DNA of 64,000 bases from Parcubacteria group bacterium LiPW_15. Lineage in GTDB: Bacteria > Patescibacteriota > Minisyncoccia > UBA6257 > 2-01-FULL-56-20. This document shows, piece after piece, positions 57,552 through 64,000 of this stretch (its first letter is position 1; each line of letters starts with the position of its first letter). The stretch spans positions 209,211 to 273,210 of the forward strand of contig VMER01000001.1 in NCBI GenBank assembly GCA_007375645.1. The letters run 5' to 3'. Made by a program: the position numbers and the translations under genes. The notes below the pieces were generated by a model. It was not told where the DNA came from. It saw only the letters and a program-made list of their open reading frames with translations, and ran no database searches.

Positions 57552-58010
57552 CTATGTTTCTTTCCGCCGCAACATATCTATCATCAACTTAGAATATTCA
57601 GAGATCTCGGGCAAATTATTCAACTCCAGCCACCTTGCATCCGCTATTTCATTTGATTCAATATTTATTTCTTTACCCCTGCTCCTCCCCGCAAAAACCG
57701 TTACCGTATCATTTTTAAATTCTTTCGCAGAGTGAAAGACTCCTATTTCTTTTAAATCCTCAACTTCAATTCCAACTTCTTCTTCCACCTCCCGTTTTGC
57801 AGCCTGTGCCGGTGTCTCGCCTTTCTTGATACCACCGCCCGGAAACATCCAACTTTCGTAGTTGCCGTAATTATTTTTTACCATCAATATCTCCTTGCCA
57901 GATCTTATGATGCATTTCACTCCATGCGTTTTGGGGCGCACTACAAACCAATATGCCTTGGCAAAAGGGTGAAGCAGTATCGACAACTTCCTTAAGATTA
58001 ACTTAATCAT
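57552..58010 (-). CDS. NUDIX hydrolase
   Basis: GGGIKKGETPAQAAKREVEEEVG Nudix box. Confidence 0.92.
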   Translation of the reverse strand: MIKLILRKLSILLHPFAKAYWFVVRPKTHGVKCIIRSGKEILMVKNNYGNYESWMFPGGGIKKGETPAQAAKREVEEEVGIEVEDLKEIGVFHSAKEFKNDTVTVFAGRSRGKEINIESNEIADARWLELNNLPEISEYSKLMIDMLRRKET

Positions 58011-58053
58011 TTATTAATACTCTGCGCCCCGTAGCACTTCTTGGATTTATTTC

Positions 58054-58434
58054 CTATTCTTCAGAACAGTGATAGATCTCAAGACGTATTTCGTCGGGGT
58101 CATCAAGCCATACGTATCTATTTCCAAACTTTCCAACCTTAAACTCACTGTGCTTGATCCCAGCCTCAGAAAGAAACTGTTCAAACTTTTCCAGTTCATC
58201 CAGAGTCCGGACACCAAACCCGATATGATTCATTCCAACATCGTCCTTGTCGTAATTTGGGCTTGGGGTCCCTTTCGGACTTAGCTTGAAGTACAATTTT
58301 ACATCGCCAATTTTATAAACCACCAGATTATCATTACGGAGAGTTGGTTCACCTAAAAACTTAGAATAAAATTCTTCCGTTCTAGACAGATCTTTCACTA
58401 TTAATGATATGTGATCGATAAAGTTTGGCTTCAT
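58054..58434 (-). CDS. VOC/glyoxalase family protein
   Basis: DHISLIVKDL, HIGF, DPD.IRLE motifs. Confidence 0.88.
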   Translation of the reverse strand: MKPNFIDHISLIVKDLSRTEEFYSKFLGEPTLRNDNLVVYKIGDVKLYFKLSPKGTPSPNYDKDDVGMNHIGFGVRTLDELEKFEQFLSEAGIKHSEFKVGKFGNRYVWLDDPDEIRLEIYHCSEE

Positions 58435-58453
58435 AGACGCAATATATCACCTC

Positions 58454-61027
58454 CTACTTCCCATGGCATTTCTTATACTTTTTCCCCGATCCGCACGGAC
58501 AAGGATCATTCCTGCCTACTTCCTTGGCGCCCGAAGCTTTGGGCAAGATCTTTACAACCTGTTCCGCGGGCTTTTGTTCCTGAGCCTGACCCGGAGGCGG
58601 GAGCTTGAAGATATTCATAAATATCCAGGCTCCAAAATTAGCCCAAAAAGCTTGATAAAGCGTATGCGCTTCTCCTCGATATTCCACGAGCGGATCGCGT
58701 TGTCCGTAAGCCCTAAGTCCGATGGATTCCGAAAGCGCGTCCAAGTCCTCCAAGTGGTTCATCCAAAGCATGTCCAAAATGCCTAGCATTTGGTTCGCCG
58801 CCAAAGGATGCTTGGCCATCACGGAAACGCGCGCCTTCAAGAACTCCGATAGATTTTCTTCCGTCGCATCTTCCGGATATGGATTTTCCTTATTGGCCAA
58901 TCCGACTTCTTCAAATATTTTTTTTAGGTCCGGCTTTTCTACTTCTGGCATATTCTCCGCGGCCGCTATTCCGGCTGAAAGATTTTTAAAATAACCGTTC
59001 ACCGCGTCGAATATCATGGGTTCCAGAGTCTCCGAATTCATCGCCGTCAATATTTCCTGTCGGCGCTTATAGACCGCCGCCCGATGCTTATTCAAGACAT
59101 CATCGTAGTCGAGCAGGTGTTTCCTCATATCGAAATTCGCCCCCTCAACTTTGGATTGGGCTTCTGCCACGGCGCGGGAAATCATAGCCACATCGATCGG
59201 CTCGTCATCGGGAAGATGGAATCTGTCCATTAGGGACTTTATGCGGTCTCCGCCGAAAATGCGCAGCAAGTCGTCTTCCAGCGACAGGAAGAATTGCGAA
59301 GAACCGGGATCGCCCTGCCTGCCGGCGCGGCCGCGCAGCTGATTGTCTATGCGCCTGGCCTCGTGCCTTTCCGTACCAGTCACATGAAGTCCGCCCAATT
59401 CTCGCACCCGCTTCGCATCTTCCGGTGTCGGCGGATTGCCGCCCAGAATTATGTCCACGCCGCGGCCGGCCATGTTGGTCGCCACGGTTATCGCCCCCGG
59501 CTTACCGGCCTGGGCGACTATCGCTCCCTCCCGTTCATTGTTCTTCGCGTTCAAAGTTTCGTGCGGGATATGCGCCTCGCTTAGCAAATTGTCCAAAAGT
59601 TCGTTCTTAGCAATGGAAGTTGTGCCAACCAAAACCGGCTGGCCCTTTTCGTGCCGTTCTTTTATATCGTTGACCAAAGCTATCCAACGCGCGGCGGAAG
59701 TTTTGTATATGACATCTTTGTGATCATTTCTTATGACCGGCTTGTTCGGAGGAATGCTAACAACTTCCAAATTGTAAACTTTGGAAAATTCTTCCGCGGA
59801 AGTCTGCGCGGTTCCGGTCATGCCGGAGATCTTCTTATACATGCGGAAATAATTCTGAATGGATATCTTTCCGTAAGTCTTGGACTCTTCCTGCACATGC
59901 ACGCCCTCCTTGGCCTCAATCGCCTGGTGTAAGCCGCCGTTATACCGCCTGCCGTGAAGCATTCGGCCGGTGAATTCGTCCACGATAATTATCTCTCCGT
60001 TCTTGACCACATATTCTTTATCCTTATGAAAAAGCGCCTTGGCTTTAAGACTTTCTTCCAAATAATGGACCAGGCGCAGATTCTCGGGCGAGTAAAGATT
60101 ATCGACGCCCACCATTTTTTCCACCTTGGCGATTCCCTCTTCGGTTATGGAAACCGAGCGGCGCTTCTCATCCACCTCGTAATCCTCAGGCGCGTTTAGG
60201 TTGATAACCAGTCTCGCAAAGGTTTTATAGAACTGGCTGGATTCCGCATCCGGCGCAGAAATAATTAGCGGGGTTCTGGCCTCATCGATCAAAATAGAAT
60301 CCACTTCATCGATTATGGCAAAAGGAAATCCCCGCTGGACCTGTTCGGTTACCCGGTAGACCAGATTGTCGCGCAGATAATCAAAACCGAATTCGTGATT
60401 GGTTCCGTAAGTAACATCGGCGAGATACGCTTCGCGCCTGGACGCGGGCCGCAAGAATTCCGATTGCACGCGGAAATTTCCGGTAGTGTCTTCTTCTTTG
60501 TCGATAAGCGCTTGGGCATCCTTCGCAACCTCATAGTCCGGGTCATACAAAAAAGCGGTGTTCGGCACGAGGCAGGAAACCGTAAGTCCCAGCGCGCGAT
60601 ATATCTGGCCCATCCAGACCGCATCGCGGCGAGCCAAGTATTCGTTTACCGTGACCACATGCGCGCCGTGTCCGTAAAGCGCATTCAAATAAACCGGCGC
60701 AACGGCGGTCAGAGTCTTTCCTTCTCCGGTTATCATTTCCGCGACCGCTCCCTTGTTCAAAACCAGTCCGCCGATAAGCTGCACATCGTAGGGTCGCTGT
60801 CCCAAGGTTCGCTTCGCGGCTTCGCGGACAAGAGCGAAAGCGCGCGGCAAAACCAGCCGCTCTTCTTCGCCGCTTTGCAGTCGTTCTCGAAGCTTCAAAC
60901 TCTCCGCCTTCAATTCCTCGCCGGTCAACTTCTGTATTTCCGGTTCGAGCGAATTTACTTCGGCTACAATTGTTTCGAAATCCGCGAGCGTTCTGCGCTC
61001 AAATATTTTTTTTATGAACCCAAGCAT
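58454..61027 (-). CDS. secA: Preprotein translocase subunit SecA
   Basis: GEGKT, DEVDSILIDEARTPLIIS, ATNMAGRG motifs; SEC-C GRNDPCPCGSGKKYKKCH. Confidence 0.98.
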   Translation of the reverse strand: MLGFIKKIFERRTLADFETIVAEVNSLEPEIQKLTGEELKAESLKLRERLQSGEEERLVLPRAFALVREAAKRTLGQRPYDVQLIGGLVLNKGAVAEMITGEGKTLTAVAPVYLNALYGHGAHVVTVNEYLARRDAVWMGQIYRALGLTVSCLVPNTAFLYDPDYEVAKDAQALIDKEEDTTGNFRVQSEFLRPASRREAYLADVTYGTNHEFGFDYLRDNLVYRVTEQVQRGFPFAIIDEVDSILIDEARTPLIISAPDAESSQFYKTFARLVINLNAPEDYEVDEKRRSVSITEEGIAKVEKMVGVDNLYSPENLRLVHYLEESLKAKALFHKDKEYVVKNGEIIIVDEFTGRMLHGRRYNGGLHQAIEAKEGVHVQEESKTYGKISIQNYFRMYKKISGMTGTAQTSAEEFSKVYNLEVVSIPPNKPVIRNDHKDVIYKTSAARWIALVNDIKERHEKGQPVLVGTTSIAKNELLDNLLSEAHIPHETLNAKNNEREGAIVAQAGKPGAITVATNMAGRGVDIILGGNPPTPEDAKRVRELGGLHVTGTERHEARRIDNQLRGRAGRQGDPGSSQFFLSLEDDLLRIFGGDRIKSLMDRFHLPDDEPIDVAMISRAVAEAQSKVEGANFDMRKHLLDYDDVLNKHRAAVYKRRQEILTAMNSETLEPMIFDAVNGYFKNLSAGIAAAENMPEVEKPDLKKIFEEVGLANKENPYPEDATEENLSEFLKARVSVMAKHPLAANQMLGILDMLWMNHLEDLDALSESIGLRAYGQRDPLVEYRGEAHTLYQAFWANFGAWIFMNIFKLPPPGQAQEQKPAEQVVKILPKASGAKEVGRNDPCPCGSGKKYKKCHGK

Positions 61028-61042
61028 TAATTAAAGTTTCGA

Positions 61043-61372
61043 TTATTTCCCCTCCTCGTCCTTCTTGAAGTCCTTATATTTCTCAACCGCTCTCTGGAGT
61101 TTGTCTTTAGCCAGGTCTATCGCGGCGTAAAGATCCTCCGCCTCTTCGCTCACCTGGAAAGTCTTGGCCGGAATGTGCAGGTTGGCCTTAGCCATATATA
61201 TCTGTCCTTTTTGGTGATGATGCGTGGTAAGAGCCAGCTCTAAGTGCAGATCGGCGGTTCCCTCGGCATCCAAGCGGCTCAAAACCTTCAAAATAGACTC
61301 GAACTTCTCTTCCGCATACGCCACTATGGCATCGGTGGATTCAAGATTCGTATATTTTATCTTTATGTTCAT
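61043..61372 (-). CDS. raiA: Ribosome hibernation factor (short HPF/RaiA)
   Basis: T.AI..YAEEK, DLYAAIDLAKDKL motifs; upstream of secA. Confidence 0.9.
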   Translation of the reverse strand: MNIKIKYTNLESTDAIVAYAEEKFESILKVLSRLDAEGTADLHLELALTTHHHQKGQIYMAKANLHIPAKTFQVSEEAEDLYAAIDLAKDKLQRAVEKYKDFKKDEEGK

Positions 61373-61608
61373 GTCGTAATCTTAGCTTAAACCTAGCCAT
61401 TTTTCAAAGATTTGCCGATTAAACCCATATAAATGCTGATAAATATGGCCTTTTCCTGACTTGACTTTTTAATAGATTGGTGCTATAATTACACCAGATG
61501 CTTGAGATGCGTTTTGGTTCCGGAGTAATGGGCCTGCCTGCCGGTAGGCAGGGGCAATCCAGACTTATTATTCCGGAACTGAATAAACATACAGGAAAAG
61601 GAGTCAGA

Positions 61609-61737
61609 GTGAGACGTCTCACCGATTTCCGCGCCATGGTTGTGGCCGCAATCGCCTTCTCGGCGATCTATTACGCTCTCGTTTCAGTGGCGGAACTGTG
61701 TAAGGCCGCCATCGAACTGCTGAAAGCCATCTGCTAA
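61609..61737 (+). CDS. Small hydrophobic peptide (42 aa)
   Basis: AAGGAG SD before GTG; single TM segment; promoter at ~61461-61489. Confidence 0.5.
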   Translation: MRRLTDFRAMVVAAIAFSAIYYALVSVAELCKAAIELLKAIC

Positions 61738-61779
61738 TTCTAGCCTGACACAACCCACGGTTTAGGAAGGAGAACGAAC

Positions 61780-62343
61780 ATGAACACGCTGAAGATGAGC
61801 AGGGAGGCAAAGAGCTTCGTGGCCATCCTCCTCGGAGTGCTCGGCATCGGATTGACCATCCTCTGGATGGTCGAGACGAACCAGAAGATGGTCATCGAAG
61901 CTCGACAGAGCTCCGCCGTCCAGGATCTCGATCCCGGCAACTTCGTTCACGACGAGCACGAGCTCGTCATCCGCTACGGCAGCCTGAACGGCGTGCCCGT
62001 GGAGATGGTTCGGGACTACACGCACGGAGGACTCGTCCTTCGCGCTGTCCTCCCGGACAAGGATGACCCGCTCGCCAGCCCCGCCCTCGACGCTCTGAAA
62101 GCGGAAGTCATCCGCCTCTGCTCCTCGAAGGAGCCTGTTCCCCTCGGGGACACGGGGTACACCTTCCTGTTCACCGGGGTATGTGACCCCGAGTGGGCAC
62201 CCTACACCACGATCGAGTCGGCGAGAAACACGAGGAACATCCGCTTCATCCGATGGGTCGAACCGATCATCGGAAACGCCATCCGGGGTGGAGGCTCATG
62301 CGATACGAGCTACCGCCCCGCCGGCTACTCCGTGAAAAGGTAA
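61780..62343 (+). CDS. Hypothetical membrane-anchored protein
   Basis: AAGGAG SD; N-terminal TM; terminator at ~62364-62402. Confidence 0.75.
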   Translation: MNTLKMSREAKSFVAILLGVLGIGLTILWMVETNQKMVIEARQSSAVQDLDPGNFVHDEHELVIRYGSLNGVPVEMVRDYTHGGLVLRAVLPDKDDPLASPALDALKAEVIRLCSSKEPVPLGDTGYTFLFTGVCDPEWAPYTTIESARNTRNIRFIRWVEPIIGNAIRGGGSCDTSYRPAGYSVKR

Positions 62344-62511
62344 TCGCCCTTCGCCTCACCCCCCGCCCGCACAGAAACTTCAAAGCCTGTGCGGGCTTTT
62401 TTAGTTCAAAAATAAAAACGCCATTGGCATATGCTTGACCTTTACATAGATTAATGATATAATCGCGCCAGATGTTTGAGACACGATAACTCGACAAAAG
62501 GAGGAAGGCTC

Positions 62512-62976
62512 ATGTCCTTCAAAATGCATGTTGTCAACGTCATCACGACTCTGGTCGAGACCGCGCTTCCGCGGTTCTCGGGCGAAAAGAAGCTTCTTTA
62601 CGTTCTTATCGAAGCCGGAGTGACAAAAGAGAAGGTTGCGGTGCCCAGCCACCGCCGGTTCATCCACCTCCTCTTCCACCGGCCCGGCAACCACACGGCC
62701 GTCATGGTGGCCGTGACCGACAACCCCCACTTTCGCAAAGAAGAAATGAAAGACTGGCGGGTGGTTTCCTGCCACGATTCCTGCTGGAGGTCGGATGGCG
62801 TGGAAAGTCCGCTCTCCAAGCTATACTTCGAGATGTGCAAGGAGGTCGATTCGGCGGCTGCGCCCAGAGACCTTTGGGCGACTGCCCAGTTCTCGATCTT
62901 CGATAGCCCAAAGGTGGTGGAAGTGAAGAAGTTCACCCACGACCGCGAAAACTTCATCGCCCACATCGAGTGGTAA
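62512..62976 (+). CDS. Hypothetical protein
   Basis: TTGACC-17-TATAAT promoter at 62435-62463; AGGAGG SD. Confidence 0.75.
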   Translation: MSFKMHVVNVITTLVETALPRFSGEKKLLYVLIEAGVTKEKVAVPSHRRFIHLLFHRPGNHTAVMVAVTDNPHFRKEEMKDWRVVSCHDSCWRSDGVESPLSKLYFEMCKEVDSAAAPRDLWATAQFSIFDSPKVVEVKKFTHDRENFIAHIEW

Positions 62977-62989
62977 CAGGGAGAAGACG

Positions 62990-63283
62990 ATGAAAACCAA
63001 GATCAAGGAATACCAACTTCTCGGTGACAAATCCGCAGCCCCGCGCCTGATCCAGTTCAAAGGACGAGAGCTGGTGGTCAGGCAGAAGAAGACCGACGAA
63101 GTATCCGGGATCGACTACGTAATCGTCCCCGGATTCAAGGTCGGAGGACCGCACGCCTCCACTTCCAGGTACTTCACGACCCTTCAGGCCCTCGACGTGG
63201 AACTGGTCGGAAACGACGATCGGGAAGCGATCAAACAGCTCCTCCGGGAGCTCGGATTCAAGGGCCCGATCAGCTTCTGGTGA
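62990..63283 (+). CDS. Hypothetical protein
   Basis: GGGAG SD; terminator at ~63288-63335. Confidence 0.7.
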   Translation: MKTKIKEYQLLGDKSAAPRLIQFKGRELVVRQKKTDEVSGIDYVIVPGFKVGGPHASTSRYFTTLQALDVELVGNDDREAIKQLLRELGFKGPISFW

Positions 63284-63393
63284 CAGCCGCCCCCGCAAGG
63301 AAACTCATCCAAAGCCCATGCGGGGGCTTTTTTATTTTAAAAAACAAAACCGGCCTTTCGGCCGGTGGAAATTGGGTTGGGATAAGAAGCACC

Positions 63394-63612
63394 CTAGCTT
63401 GACGTCATGCCACCCGTGGAGTCCGCGTCGGGAAGAGCGATGAGGCGGAGCAAGAACTCAGTGTTCGTGACGATGTTCTGCGCAAGCGGCTCCCACCGCA
63501 GCGCTTCGGCCTTGTGATGACCATAGTTCCTGTCATCCAGGATTCGCCTGTAGTCGGCCAACTCGACCTTTATCTTCGCGAGCCTTTCTGCGTCTTCTTT
63601 CGTCATTTTCAC
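63394..63612 (-). CDS. Small hypothetical protein
   Basis: AGGAGG SD; TTGACA promoter near 63664; downstream hairpin at ~63347-63366. Confidence 0.65.
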   Translation of the reverse strand: MKMTKEDAERLAKIKVELADYRRILDDRNYGHHKAEALRWEPLAQNIVTNTEFLLRLIALPDADSTGGMTSS

Positions 63613-64000
63613 TCCCTCCTTTGGAGCTGACTAATTTATATATCCCGGAATCAACCGCTGTCAAACAAATTAAATCTCCAATTCAAGGCGCTTGAAAAGC
63701 GGCTCTCGGTCTCTATGGGTCCATTTTCCTGAACGGCCGCGGAACGCCACAGATCCACTGTGGATCCGAATGGTGACCTCCTATCTGTTTGTTTTAGATG
63801 AATGAGTGCTCTCTTCGGATCCACACTGGATCCATAAATTGAGCACTTCCACGGCCGTTCGCGAAAATCGACTGTTTTTATACTAGCAAATATCTATCCT
63901 CAAGTGAAGAAGCTCCCCGATCCATAAAACTAAAACCCCCCGGAGGGGGTTTTAGTACAAACAGATAAAATAGAAACAGGTCTAAGTCGATATCATCGTT

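Noticed and set aside
59311-59335. CCTGCCTGCCGGC in secA resembling the LPAGRQ palindrome
   Set aside because: Encodes the universally conserved SecA motif RGRAGRQGDPG; only half the palindrome and no insertion

Overview
Bacterial chromosomal window that looks like Patescibacteria (CPR, Parcubacteria-like). This is inferred from a short EF-Ts, glyQS, DUF5671/DUF11-like surface proteins and compact, apparently leaderless housekeeping genes. The backbone is mostly on the minus strand: glyQS, recO, tsf, rpsB, mnmA, efp, khpA, rpsP, typA, uvrC/A/B, queA, tgt, truB, nth, prmC, rsmE, secA, raiA, plus tRNA-Tyr on the plus strand. It is interrupted by many self-contained, GC-rich orphan cassettes with their own promoter, SD and terminator. 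The most striking item is a ~235-nt promoter- and terminator-bounded non-coding RNA upstream of uvrB. It contains a near-complete mimic of the 23S rRNA L1-stalk head (H76-H78), two tandem tRNA T-arm hairpins and a terminator/antiterminator switch. Other notable items are a second ~450-nt structured RNA upstream of uvrC, a PD-(D/E)xK nuclease-DnaG primase fusion, a 931-aa tandem metallophosphoesterase paired with a three-repeat membrane protein, and several palindromic/MITE families, some nested in frame within uvrC and mnmA. All calls were made by eye; no searches were run.
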